Source: Desulfobacterales bacterium
Lineage (GTDB): Bacteria; Desulfobacterota; Desulfobacteria; Desulfobacterales; UBA5852
NCBI GenBank assembly: GCA_963674755.2
Contig: CAXXVS010000003.1
Location: forward strand, 1,920,001-1,984,000
Direction of reading: 5' to 3'
DNA length: 64,000 bases
Of this stretch, positions 34,841-45,024 are shown one piece after another. The number at the start of each line of letters is the position of its first letter. The stretch's first letter is position 1. The translations under genes were made by a program, and so were the position numbers. The notes beneath the pieces are model-generated. The model was given only the letters and a program-made list of their open reading frames with translations, searched no databases and was not told the DNA's origin.

Positions 34841-36451
34841 TCAGGCCTCCGGGAGATAATCGACCCAGCGCCACATGGTTTGTCCCTCCCGGGTGGGCTC
34901 CCGGCGCAGGCCGTCACGCTGCCAGGCATGTCCCAGGGCGTCGCGGATAGCCTCCCGGGACCAGTTGGGCATCCGGCGGGCGGCGCGCTGTGACAGGGCG
35001 TCGAGGGCCTTCCCGTCGTCACCGACAGCCCCTTCCCCATCGGCTGTGGGGGCAAGCTTTTCGAGGACTTCGGCCATCATCATATCATAGAGAATCGCCG
35101 TCCGGTTCATGTTGTGGATCAGGGCGGCTTCTTCTTCCGAAGCATTGCCGGTCGGCATGCGCTTCTGGATATCGGCCAGGTAATCCAGGAAGCGCGTCTG
35201 CCATTCTTCGGCAATGGCGTCCAGGCCTGCCGGATCCATACCGTGGGGCAGGCAGATGGCGCGGTTGGCATGGTAGTCGGGCCAGTGGCGGGACAGCACC
35301 TGCAGACCGAAGGCTTCGGGATCGTCGCCGATGGCCGTTCCGGGAAAGGGGGCCAGCAGGTGAAACCCGTAAGAGAGGCCCTGTTCGCCCAGGCGCCGGG
35401 CAAAGGCCATGGTCTGCTCCAGGGTGTCCGGTGTTTCCCCGGGCAGGCCCAGGATAAAGGAGGCCGTGGCCTCCAGACCGGCCTGGCGGCACATGGCCAC
35501 GGCGTCTTCCACCTGGGTCAGGGTGATCTTTTTGCGCACCCGTTTGAGAATGTCGGGACACCCGGATTCAACCCCGAAACTGACGGCATGGCAACCGGCC
35601 TCGCGCATGCGGGTCAACAGCGGAACCGATACGGTATCCACCCGGGCGAAGGACGACCAGCGGATGATCAGGTTGCGGCGCAGGATCTCATCGCAGATGG
35701 CCAGGCAGTGGCGCGGGCTGGCCGTGAACAGATCGTCGGCCAGATTGGCCTGGCGAAATCCCAGGGCGGCCAGACCGGCGATCTCGTCCACCACGCGCAG
35801 GGGCGGACGGTAACGCACCCGGGCCCCCACCATCCGGCGCCCCACGCAAAACGCACACTGGAAGGGACAGCCGCGGCTGGTGGTGACGCTGACCGGTATG
35901 CCCAGGGTGCGATAGCGCCCCAGGGGCAAACCATGACGGACCGGGTCCGGCAGGCGGCTTAGATCGGCTTCAGGCTCCCGCCAGGGGGTATGGCGAACCG
36001 CCCCGTTTTCACGGAAGGCCAGCCCCGGGATCTTTTCCCATCGCGTGGGGTCGGGTTCGGCCAGCAGGTCCAGAATCGTGTTCTCGCCTTCGCCCCGGAC
36101 GATGACATCCAAGCCCGGGACGGCGGCCAGGGTGGCCGCCGTGCTGAAGGTCACATGGGGGCCGCCCATGACGGTCAGGACCTCCGGCGCGATGGTCTTG
36201 ACCTCCCGGATGAGGGTAAAGGCGGTTTCCGCAGTCATGGTGACGGCCGTGACGCCCACCATGTCCGGCTGAAAGCCATTCAGCGCCGCGGCGATGGTCG
36301 TGGCGTTTTGGGGTGTGACCACCAGGTCGAGGATCTTAACGGCGATGCCGGCGGCTTCCAGGGCCCCGGCCAGATAGGCCAGGCCGAGGGGCGGCGAAGG
36401 GGTTTCGGTAATGGGATAGTAGGGGTTGATGAGCAGAACGCGTTTGGTCAT
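34841..36451 (-). CDS. Cobalamin-binding radical SAM protein (class B methylase-like)
   Basis: PPLGLAYLA B12-binding N-terminus, GGPH, SRGCPFQCAFC, FGVESG. Confidence 0.9.
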   Translation of the reverse strand: MTKRVLLINPYYPITETPSPPLGLAYLAGALEAAGIAVKILDLVVTPQNATTIAAALNGFQPDMVGVTAVTMTAETAFTLIREVKTIAPEVLTVMGGPHVTFSTAATLAAVPGLDVIVRGEGENTILDLLAEPDPTRWEKIPGLAFRENGAVRHTPWREPEADLSRLPDPVRHGLPLGRYRTLGIPVSVTTSRGCPFQCAFCVGRRMVGARVRYRPPLRVVDEIAGLAALGFRQANLADDLFTASPRHCLAICDEILRRNLIIRWSSFARVDTVSVPLLTRMREAGCHAVSFGVESGCPDILKRVRKKITLTQVEDAVAMCRQAGLEATASFILGLPGETPDTLEQTMAFARRLGEQGLSYGFHLLAPFPGTAIGDDPEAFGLQVLSRHWPDYHANRAICLPHGMDPAGLDAIAEEWQTRFLDYLADIQKRMPTGNASEEEAALIHNMNRTAILYDMMMAEVLEKLAPTADGEGAVGDDGKALDALSQRAARRMPNWSREAIRDALGHAWQRDGLRREPTREGQTMWRWVDYLPEA

Positions 36452-36511
36452 ATGTTTCCGACAACCATCAGCCGTTGACAGCCGTCAGGTGAACCTACCC
36501 GAGCCGTCAAG

Positions 36512-36538
36512 AAAAAGGCCCGGAATTTCTTCCGGGCC
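36512..36538 (-). terminator. Intrinsic terminator downstream of fhs
   Basis: 9-bp stem ggcccggaa/ttccgggcc followed by T5 on the minus strand. Confidence 0.75.
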
Positions 36539-36595
36539 GTAATCGATCATCAGGGCGGCACCGGCGGAGGCCAGTGCCGCATATTATTGAAAGGG

Positions 36596-38359
36596 CTAGA
36601 AGAGTCCCGACACCTTGCCGGTTTCCGGATCGACATCCACCCGGCGGAAGGCCGGGTTGGAGCTCGTGCCGGGCATCAGGCTGATGGTGCCCGCGCAGGG
36701 GCAGAGGAACTTGGCGCCGGAGTAGATCAGCACGTCGCGGATCGGCAGACGCCATCCCTTGGGCACGCCCTTCTTGACCGGATCGTGGCTCAGGGAGAGG
36801 TGGGTCTTGACCATCATGGTGGCGAAATCGGCGTATTTGGGGTCGTTCTCCAGCATTTCGGCCTTGGCATTGGCCTCGGGAGCCCAGTCCACACCGTCGG
36901 CGCCGTAGACGTTCTTGGCGATGGTTTCGACGCGGTCGCGCAGCTTCATCTCCAGCGGATACAGGAAGTCGAAGTCGTTTTTCTCGTTGCAGGCGTCGAT
37001 GACGGCATCGGCGAATTCGAGGGCCCCGTCGCCGCCCTTTTCCCAGTGCTTGGACTCGGCGCAGCGGGCACCGGCCGCTTCGGCGGCCTTGCGCACGATG
37101 GCGCACTCGGCATCCGTGTCGGTGTAGAAGCGGTTGATGCAGACCACCGGGTTGATGCCGGCCTTGCGGATCACACCGATCATGTGGACCATGTTCTCGC
37201 AGCCCTTTTCGACCAGTTCGAGATTCTCTTTGGTATAGGCATCGTCAAGCGCCTTGCCGGCGACAACCTTAGGTCCGCCGCCGTGCATCTTGAGGGCCCG
37301 GATGGTGGTGGTCAGGACCGAGACATGGGGTTTGAGGCCGGAGAAGCGGCACTTGACATTCCAGAATTTCTCGAAGCCGATGTCGGCGGCGAAGCCGGAC
37401 TCGGTGACGTGGTAGTCGAACAGCTTGAGGCCCACGCGGTCGGCGATGATGGAGCTCTGGCCCACGGCGATGTTGGCAAACGGGCCGGCGTGCACCATGC
37501 AGGGGTTGTATTCCGCGGTGCACATCAGGGTGGGGTTGATGGTGTTGCGCATGAAAGCGGCCATAGCGTTGCCCACTTCGAGGTCGCCGGTGGTGACCGG
37601 CTTGCCGCTCTTGTCGAAGGCTACCGTAATGTTGTTGAGGCGCTCCTTGAGGTCGGCCAGGTCTTTGGCCACGGCCAGGATGGCCATACACTCGGAGCCT
37701 ACGGCGATACCGAATTTGGACTGCATGGTGAAACCGTCGTAGCGGCCGCCGAGGCCGATCACGATGTTGCGCAGGGCCTGGGCGCAGAAATCGATGATCC
37801 AGCCCATTTCCACGCGGGTGGGATCGATATCGAGGCGGCGCATCTTGGTGAGGCGTTCCAACTGCTCATCGTTGTAGTTGCGCTCATGCTGCATACGGGA
37901 GGTCATGGCCACCATGGCCAGGTTGTGGGCGTTCATGATGTCGTTGATGTCGCCCGTGAGGCCCAGGGAGAATTCGGTCATGGGGATCAGCAGGGAGTTG
38001 CCGCCGCCGGCCGCGGTGCCCTTGACGTTCATGGTGGGGCCGCCGGAGGGCTGGCGCAGGGCGCCACCCACGTTGACGCCGCGTTTGCCGAGACCTTCCA
38101 TGAGTCCGCAGGAGGTGGTGCTCTTGCCTTCTCCCAGGGGAGTCGGGGTAATGGCGGTCACTTCGATGTATTTTCCATCGGGTTTGTTCTTCAGGCGATC
38201 GATGATCTTGAGGAAGTCGAGCTTGGCCAGCCGCCCCATGGGCAGCATCTCATCGGCCTGCAAGCCGAGTTTCTCCCGCCATTCGTCGGGCGAGGGCATG
38301 TTCTTTTCTGCCGCTTCGGAAATCTGCCAGTCTGCCATATTAACCGCATCGTAAGCCAT
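36596..38359 (-). CDS. fhs: Formate--tetrahydrofolate ligase
   Basis: [45 protein letters not shown]. Confidence 0.97.
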   Translation of the reverse strand: MAYDAVNMADWQISEAAEKNMPSPDEWREKLGLQADEMLPMGRLAKLDFLKIIDRLKNKPDGKYIEVTAITPTPLGEGKSTTSCGLMEGLGKRGVNVGGALRQPSGGPTMNVKGTAAGGGNSLLIPMTEFSLGLTGDINDIMNAHNLAMVAMTSRMQHERNYNDEQLERLTKMRRLDIDPTRVEMGWIIDFCAQALRNIVIGLGGRYDGFTMQSKFGIAVGSECMAILAVAKDLADLKERLNNITVAFDKSGKPVTTGDLEVGNAMAAFMRNTINPTLMCTAEYNPCMVHAGPFANIAVGQSSIIADRVGLKLFDYHVTESGFAADIGFEKFWNVKCRFSGLKPHVSVLTTTIRALKMHGGGPKVVAGKALDDAYTKENLELVEKGCENMVHMIGVIRKAGINPVVCINRFYTDTDAECAIVRKAAEAAGARCAESKHWEKGGDGALEFADAVIDACNEKNDFDFLYPLEMKLRDRVETIAKNVYGADGVDWAPEANAKAEMLENDPKYADFATMMVKTHLSLSHDPVKKGVPKGWRLPIRDVLIYSGAKFLCPCAGTISLMPGTSSNPAFRRVDVDPETGKVSGLF

Positions 38360-38618
38360 TTATCCTATCCTCCTTTGCTAAGTTGTTGGATTAAACAGGC
38401 AACGAATCCATAAGGTGGTGCGTCATCTATTGTAAGAACCACGAAAATCAGGTGGGCGGTCTGATGGCTGCGGTCTTCAGGCGGAACTCAGCCCTGTTCG
38501 CAGCGTTCGAAATGAACTCCGCCCTTGTAGCAGCTCGGTCCTTTTTTGGCAAGGATAAATCATCGCACCGCGGGGTTGCCGGCGGCCGGATCGGCCGCTC
38601 TCGTTCTTGAGGGGGGCG

Positions 38619-40592
38619 TTAGCCCCGGGCGTGCTGGAGGCGGTAGTAAAACCCCTTCTTTTCCATCAACCGGGCATGCGTGCCGGCCTCGATGATCCGG
38701 CCGTGGTGCAGCACCAGGATATGGTCGGCATGCTGCACGGTGGACAGGCGATGGGCCACCAGAAAGGTGGTGCGGCCGCGGGTCAGGCGCTGGAGAGCCA
38801 CTTGGATGCGGGTTTCGGTTTCCGAATCGATGTAGGAGGTGGCTTCATCGAGGATAATGATATCCGGCCGGCGGGCAAAGGCGCGGGCAATGGACAGGAG
38901 CTGGCGCTCCCCGCTGGACAGGGAGGCGCCGCCTTCGGACAGGACGGTATCCACCCCCCCGGGCAGGCGTGCCACGATGTCGAGGCAATTGGCATCTGAC
39001 AGGATCTCGCGAAGCTTTTCGTCGGGAACATCTTCGCTGGCCGGCAGGATGTTGTCGCGGATGGAGCCGGAGAACAGGAACGGGTCCTGCATGACAAGCG
39101 CCATGCGGGCGCGCAGGACGGCCGGATGCCAGGCCCGGATGTCGACATCGTTGATGCGGATGGTGCCGGTGCTCGGCAGGTGAAAGCGCCCCAGGAGTTG
39201 GGTCAGGGTGGTCTTGCCGGAGCCGGTGGGTCCCACCAGGGCCACGGTTTCGCCGGCCTGGACGCGGAAGGAAATATCGTGCAGGACGCGTTCGCCCGGA
39301 AGATAGCTGAAGGAGACCTTGTCGAAGACGATGTGGGCGATGGGCGTTTCGGCCGCGGGCGTGATCGCGGACTCCTCCGGGGGGCGGGGCAGGGTTTCCC
39401 GGCTGTCCAGCACCAGAAAAAGGCGTTCCGCAGAGGCCAGGGCGTTTTGCAGAATATTGTACTTTTCCGAAAGGTCGCGGATGGGGCGGAAAAACATGCG
39501 CAAATAGGAGATGAAGGCCACCAGCACCCCGAGGGTCATATCACCGGCCAGAATGCTGTTGCCGCCGTAAAGGATGACGATGGCCACGGTCACCAGGCCC
39601 AATACTTCCACCAGGGGCATGAAAACCGCCAGGAGATGAATCTGCTCCATGCCGGCCAGGTAGTTGGCATGGTTCAGGGTGCGGAATTTCCGTTCGTTGT
39701 CGGCTTCCCGCCGGAAGGCTTGAATCACCCGGATGCCGCCGATGGTTTCCGCGAAAAGGGTGTTGATCTCGGCGACCTTGATGCGCAGCAGGCGAAACAC
39801 CGAGCGCACCCGGCGGGAAAACCACCAGGAGGCCAGGACCACCAGGGGCAGGACCGTAAAGGATGTGAGGGCCAGGCGCCAGTGCATCGCCAGCAGGACG
39901 CCCCCGATGCCCAGCAACAGGAAGAGATCCTTGAAGAGCATGGACAGGACGGAGGTGAACAATTCATGCATATTCTGCACGTCGTTGGTGACGCGGGTCA
40001 CCAGGCGGCCCACCGGATTGCGGGTGAAAAAGGTCATGGACAGATCCTGCATGTGCCGGAAGAGCGCCAGACGCAGATCATGCATGACGAAATGACCGGT
40101 TTTTTCCATGATGATCTTCTGGAAAAAGTTGAGCACGAAATCGATCACGATCAGCAGCAGATAAGCGCCCGCAATCACCAGGAGACCATGGAGCTGGGGG
40201 TGGCGCAGGGTCTGGCGCTCGGCCGGAGAGAGTCGCCCGAAATCTTCGTAAGACAGGACCCAGCCCCCATTGCGCTGCACCAGCATCCCGGGATGGCGCT
40301 GCCGGAAGGCCGGCAGGGCGGGATTGCCGGCGGACAGGAACAGCCCCCGGGCCTCCGGTGTGTGCGCCGCAGCCGCCACGGCCTTGGGCCGGGGGACGAT
40401 ATAGCGGTCGATGGCGATTTTGGTCAGGTAGGGCAGGGTCAGATCCAGCACGGTGAGCAGCACGACCAGGCCCATCGAGACGGCCAGCATGCGGCGATAG
40501 GGCGCAATAAAGGGCAGCAGCCGGCGCAGCAGGCCCAGATCCCGGCGCTTGTCCAACTGTCCTTCTTCGAAATACCCCATGTCATGCTGCAT
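38619..40592 (-). CDS. ABC exporter ATP-binding/permease subunit (heterodimer partner 2)
   Basis: TM domain, GPTGSGKTT, LSSGERQ, ILDEATS. Confidence 0.92.
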   Translation of the reverse strand: MQHDMGYFEEGQLDKRRDLGLLRRLLPFIAPYRRMLAVSMGLVVLLTVLDLTLPYLTKIAIDRYIVPRPKAVAAAAHTPEARGLFLSAGNPALPAFRQRHPGMLVQRNGGWVLSYEDFGRLSPAERQTLRHPQLHGLLVIAGAYLLLIVIDFVLNFFQKIIMEKTGHFVMHDLRLALFRHMQDLSMTFFTRNPVGRLVTRVTNDVQNMHELFTSVLSMLFKDLFLLLGIGGVLLAMHWRLALTSFTVLPLVVLASWWFSRRVRSVFRLLRIKVAEINTLFAETIGGIRVIQAFRREADNERKFRTLNHANYLAGMEQIHLLAVFMPLVEVLGLVTVAIVILYGGNSILAGDMTLGVLVAFISYLRMFFRPIRDLSEKYNILQNALASAERLFLVLDSRETLPRPPEESAITPAAETPIAHIVFDKVSFSYLPGERVLHDISFRVQAGETVALVGPTGSGKTTLTQLLGRFHLPSTGTIRINDVDIRAWHPAVLRARMALVMQDPFLFSGSIRDNILPASEDVPDEKLREILSDANCLDIVARLPGGVDTVLSEGGASLSSGERQLLSIARAFARRPDIIILDEATSYIDSETETRIQVALQRLTRGRTTFLVAHRLSTVQHADHILVLHHGRIIEAGTHARLMEKKGFYYRLQHARG

Positions 40593-42339
40593 CGATGGCC
40601 TCCGTAACCGTTTGCAACTGAACGGTTTCGGCATAGTAGCCGCCGGCCCGGAGCAAATCGTCGTGGGAACCGGCGGCGGCGATCCGGCCCTGGTCGAGAA
40701 CGATGATCCGGTCGGCCCGGCGGACCGCCGACAAACGGTGCGAGACGATCAGCAGGGCGCGTTCCCCCTGGAGTTGCTGGAGGGTTTGGATCAGACGCCG
40801 ACCGGTGGCCATGTCCACCTGGCTGATGGGATCGTCCAGGAGCAGCAGGGGCGCCTCCGCCAACAGGGCCCGGGCCAAGGCGATGCGCTGTTTCTGGCCG
40901 CCGGAGAGCACCACCCCCTTTTCGCCCACCAGGGTGTCGAGCCCGCGGGGAAAGGCGGCCAGGGTGCGGGTCAAAGCCGCCTGTTCGAGCACCCGCTCCA
41001 ACTGATGGCGTTGCACCGCGCGCCCCAGGGTGATGTTGTCGCGGACGGTGGCGGCGAAGAGAAAGGGTTCCTGGGGAACGAGCGCCATGGCAGCGCGCAG
41101 GGTTTCCAGTCGGATCGCCCGCAAATCGATGCCGTTTAAAAGAATCCGTCCCGCGGAAGGATCGTACAGGCGGGGGATCAGGTTCAACAGGGTGGTTTTC
41201 CCGGCCCCGGGCGGTCCCACGATACCCAGGGTTTCACCGGGTCTCACCGTCAGATCGATATCCTGTAGAACGAGCGGGGAGGACTCGTCCCGGTCGCCCT
41301 TGCCGTAACGGAAGGATACCTTCCGGAACGCGAGGCGGCAGGGGGGGCTGATGCGGGCGGCGGCCCCGGGACGGTCGGCAATGAGCGGCCGGGTTTCGAG
41401 GATGCGATTCAAGCGTTTCAGCGAGGCCCGGCCCCGCTGAATCAGGTTGGTGACCCAGCCCATGGCCATCATGGGCCAGGTCAGCAGACCGAGATAACTG
41501 ATGAAGGCCACGAAATCCCCCGGGGTGATGTGTTGCAGGATGGTCTGGCGTCCCCCCAGGGCGATCACGAACACCATGCTGAGATTGGTCAGCAGCACCA
41601 TCATGGGCAGGAAGGCGCCGGTCACGCGGACCAGGCCCAGGTTTTCCTGCACATATCCCCGGGAGGCCTTTTGCACGGCGTTTATGGATGCGGACTGCCA
41701 GCCATAGGCTTTGATCACCCGTATCCCGGCCAGCCGTTCGCGCACCACTTCCGTCATATCGGCAAAGGATTTCTGGACGGTCTGATAGCGCTGGTGCATC
41801 TGGCGGCTGAAGAAGCGGGTTCCCAGGACGATCAAGGGGGCCGGAATAAGGACGAACAGGGTCAGCCGCACGTTGATGAAGAGCATGAAACCGACCGCGG
41901 CCGCCCCCAGGACGATGGCGTCATTGAACGCCACCATGCCCATGCCGGTGGCCATGCGGACCTGGTTGATATCGTTGGTGGCATGGGCCATCAGGTCGCC
42001 GGTCGAAGCGCTGTCGAAAAAGCGGGGCGAAAGCGTCTGCAAATGCCGAAACAGGCGGTTGCGCAGGGCTTCCTCGACCCGCCGGGAGGTTCCCAGCAGG
42101 CAGCGGCGCCATACATAGCGGAAACCGCCGATCAGCAGACCGACCCCGACGATCAGGAGGGCATCGTGCATCAGGCCTTGCCAGGCAATTTGGGCCAGGG
42201 TCAGGCTGTCCACCGCGGATTTGATGATGCGGGGGATGATCAGCTGGAGGAAATCGACGATGATCAGGCTGACCAGACCGATAAGGATGCGGGCGCGATT
42301 GGCGATGATGGTGGGTTTGATCAGATCCAGGGGTGTCAC
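40582..42339 (-). CDS. ABC exporter ATP-binding/permease subunit (heterodimer partner 1, degenerate Walker B)
   Basis: GPPGAGKTT, LSGGQKQR, LLLDD; overlaps the start of its partner. Confidence 0.92.
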   Translation of the reverse strand: MTPLDLIKPTIIANRARILIGLVSLIIVDFLQLIIPRIIKSAVDSLTLAQIAWQGLMHDALLIVGVGLLIGGFRYVWRRCLLGTSRRVEEALRNRLFRHLQTLSPRFFDSASTGDLMAHATNDINQVRMATGMGMVAFNDAIVLGAAAVGFMLFINVRLTLFVLIPAPLIVLGTRFFSRQMHQRYQTVQKSFADMTEVVRERLAGIRVIKAYGWQSASINAVQKASRGYVQENLGLVRVTGAFLPMMVLLTNLSMVFVIALGGRQTILQHITPGDFVAFISYLGLLTWPMMAMGWVTNLIQRGRASLKRLNRILETRPLIADRPGAAARISPPCRLAFRKVSFRYGKGDRDESSPLVLQDIDLTVRPGETLGIVGPPGAGKTTLLNLIPRLYDPSAGRILLNGIDLRAIRLETLRAAMALVPQEPFLFAATVRDNITLGRAVQRHQLERVLEQAALTRTLAAFPRGLDTLVGEKGVVLSGGQKQRIALARALLAEAPLLLLDDPISQVDMATGRRLIQTLQQLQGERALLIVSHRLSAVRRADRIIVLDQGRIAAAGSHDDLLRAGGYYAETVQLQTVTEAIDAA

Positions 42340-42533
42340 AATAGCGTTTTCCGATCCTAAGGCGACCGCCGGGTAGCGAAACAGCCAACCGATGTCATCT
42401 GCAAATCTATAAACCTAAGGCCCGTTGGCGAGGCGGTCAATGAACGCTCCTCCGATGGGAGCTTGTGCGGCACTGTCGTTGGGGTAGGACGTGGAATCGA
42501 TGCCACGATTCCCACCTCTCCTGTTTTCGCCGA

Positions 42534-42562
42534 TTGACTTTAGAAAATTAGGTTGATATTTT
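42534..42562 (+). promoter_or_regulatory. Sigma70-type promoter, probably leaderless transcript
   Basis: TTGACT-N17-TATTTT with extended -10 TG, 8 nt before ATG 42571. Confidence 0.55.
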
Positions 42563-42570
42563 GAGCGGTT

Positions 42571-44559
42571 ATGGAATCCGGTCTTGTTGTTGAATATATT
42601 GATAAACAGCGCATCTTGTGTGCTGTCGTTCTCGAAGTCAAGCCGCAACGGCTGCGGCTGTTGACCGAGAATGCCCGCGAGGTCAGCCTGTCGCCTAATC
42701 GCCTGTCCCACCAGAGTTCGGCGCGGCTGGATCTGTCGCTGGGGCGCGACCGGGTTGTGGACACGCTCAAGCAACTTGCCAGCCGCCGCCACGCATTGAT
42801 GCAGGCCATCGATATCCGTGAACTCTGGGAGGTCCTCAATTCCGAACAGGAGTGGATCGACCTGGGAACGATGACGGCCTTCTGTTTTCCCCGCAACGCC
42901 ACCAGCGACCACGAAGCGGCGGTTATCCGCGCTTTTTTCGGCAACCGTCTCTATTTCAAGTTCAAGACCGACGCCTTTTTCCCCCACCCGGAAGATTATG
43001 TCGCGCAGCTGATTGCCCGTGAAGCGGAGGCGGCCCGCCGCCGACAACTCATCCAGGACGGCAGCGCGTGGCTCCAGCGGGCGCTGGCCGACCCCACCCA
43101 GGCCGGAGCCGCCCGGAACGGGGGCCAGGCCGCCGAATTCGCGGAGATTCTAAGATCCTATTGCATTTTGGGCAAAGAAAGCCCGTCCCATGAGATCGGG
43201 CAGGCCATGGCCGCGGTGTGCGGGGTGGAACAGCCGGACGATCTTTTGCCGCAGTTGGTGAAACTGGGCCTGATGGATCGTGATGCGAACATCGAACTCA
43301 TACGGGAAGGCATTCCCGAAGCCTTCCCGGCCGATGTGCTGGCGCAGGCCGGCCGGATGGCCGCGGCCCTGGATTTCGGGGGACCCCGCCGTGATTTGAC
43401 GGATCTGCCCCTGATGACCATCGACGGCCAGTCCACCCTCGATTACGACGATGCCCTGAGCATTCAGGACCTGGGGGATGCCTTTCTGATCGGGGTACAC
43501 ATCGTCGACGTGGCCCAGCTTGTCCGCAAAGGGGACCCCCTCGACCTGGAAGCCCTGGCCCGGGGCAGCTCGATCTATATGCCCGATCACCGGATTCCCA
43601 TGCTGCCGCCGCTGCTCTCCGAAGGGGTTTGCAGCCTCCGGGCCGGGGAGATACGCCCCGCCATATCGACCTTCATCAAAGTTAGCCCCTTCGGCACGAT
43701 TCAATCCTACGATATCTGCGCCAGCAGGATACGGGTCCGCGACCAGCGGACCTACTACGACGTGAACCTGGCAGCGGATGAGGACCCGGATATCGTCACT
43801 TTGCGCCGGATTGCCGAAGCTTTCCGGGAATTCCGCCTGGACCAGGGGGCCGTGCAGATCACCCTCCCGGATGTCAATGTCTGGATCGACGAGGGAGGGC
43901 AGGTCAATCTCAGCCGTCTGAACCGGGAAAGCCCGGCCCGCCTCCTGGTGTCGGAGCTGATGATCATGGCCAACTGGATCATGGCGCGCTTTCTGCGCGA
44001 CAACGGTCTGCCGGCCATCTTCCGCGCCCAGCCCGAACCGAAAGAGCGCCTCTACAAACGCAATGAAGGCACGCTTTTTCAAAATTGGATGCAGCGCCGC
44101 CGCTTGAACCGTTTCGTTCTGGATACCGCGTCCGCGCGTCATTCCGGGTTGGGGCTGGATGCCTACATCACGGCCACGAGTCCCATCCGGAAGTATTTCG
44201 ACCTGATCACCCAGCGTCAGATCCGGGCCGCTTTGGGTTTGGAAACCCCCTACACGGCCGACGAGATCAATGCCTTGATGCAGCAGCTCGATCAGCCCAT
44301 GGCGGCCGTCTCCCGCGTGCAGCACCGTCGGCACCATTACTGGCTGCTGCGCTATCTCGAAAGCCGGGTCGGCGAGAAGACGGAAGCCATTATTTTGCAG
44401 CGGCGCCGGAACGCCTACCAGGTGTTGTTGACGGAGTATATGGTGGAGTGTGATATGCCCTTGAATGCCGGGCGAAGCCTGAAACCCGAAACGGTTGTCG
44501 AGGTAACCCTGCAAAACGTCAACCCCCGCAAGGGGCTGCTGGCCGTCTTTACAGCCTGA
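42571..44559 (+). CDS. RNB-domain 3'-5' exoribonuclease (RNase II/R family)
   Basis: TIDGQSTLDYDDAL catalytic motif, HSGLGLDAY, TSPIRKYFDL. Confidence 0.9.
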   Translation: MESGLVVEYIDKQRILCAVVLEVKPQRLRLLTENAREVSLSPNRLSHQSSARLDLSLGRDRVVDTLKQLASRRHALMQAIDIRELWEVLNSEQEWIDLGTMTAFCFPRNATSDHEAAVIRAFFGNRLYFKFKTDAFFPHPEDYVAQLIAREAEAARRRQLIQDGSAWLQRALADPTQAGAARNGGQAAEFAEILRSYCILGKESPSHEIGQAMAAVCGVEQPDDLLPQLVKLGLMDRDANIELIREGIPEAFPADVLAQAGRMAAALDFGGPRRDLTDLPLMTIDGQSTLDYDDALSIQDLGDAFLIGVHIVDVAQLVRKGDPLDLEALARGSSIYMPDHRIPMLPPLLSEGVCSLRAGEIRPAISTFIKVSPFGTIQSYDICASRIRVRDQRTYYDVNLAADEDPDIVTLRRIAEAFREFRLDQGAVQITLPDVNVWIDEGGQVNLSRLNRESPARLLVSELMIMANWIMARFLRDNGLPAIFRAQPEPKERLYKRNEGTLFQNWMQRRRLNRFVLDTASARHSGLGLDAYITATSPIRKYFDLITQRQIRAALGLETPYTADEINALMQQLDQPMAAVSRVQHRRHHYWLLRYLESRVGEKTEAIILQRRRNAYQVLLTEYMVECDMPLNAGRSLKPETVVEVTLQNVNPRKGLLAVFTA

Positions 44560-44607
44560 GTCAACCTATGCTGCACGCCGGCCTTTCGCCGTCCTGCCTG
44601 CCGGACC

Positions 44608-44847
44608 TCAGCCGATACGTCCCCGTTGCGCCGCGTAACAGCGCTTTTCGATATAGGCTGCGCTGGCCGCATCATAGATGGCTTCATGCTCGTGAATCAA
44701 CCGTGGACCGCCTTCCCATGCGCCGCAGGCCTCCACGACCGGATCGCCCAGGTTGAACTTGTGGCCGCAGGCCGGGCAGCCTTCGGCATTGAGCTGGTTG
44801 ATCAGGACCAGATCGATGATATGTTTGCCCGGTTGGGATTTCCGCAT
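44608..44847 (-). CDS. Small hypothetical protein with CxxC motif
   Basis: 79 aa, GCPACGHKF...ACG...IHEHE; start inferred. Confidence 0.65.
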   Translation of the reverse strand: MRKSQPGKHIIDLVLINQLNAEGCPACGHKFNLGDPVVEACGAWEGGPRLIHEHEAIYDAASAAYIEKRCYAAQRGRIG

Positions 44848-45024
44848 GGCGTTGCCCCCGTTTCTCTTTTTTAACATCATCGGAACGTTCGGCCGATGGT
44901 CGGCCAACGGCCGCTGTCGTTCCACGCGCAACCTAGGGCCGGCGCCCCGGACTGTCAACCGGCCGCGACGGCGGCATCGCGGGCGGGGAACTGTTGGCCC
45001 GGCCGCCGGGAAGGAATCAATCTA

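Noticed and set aside
38360..38553. ZTP (pfl) or THF riboswitch before fhs
   Set aside because: Consensus motifs not recognisable; kept only as an unassigned structured leader
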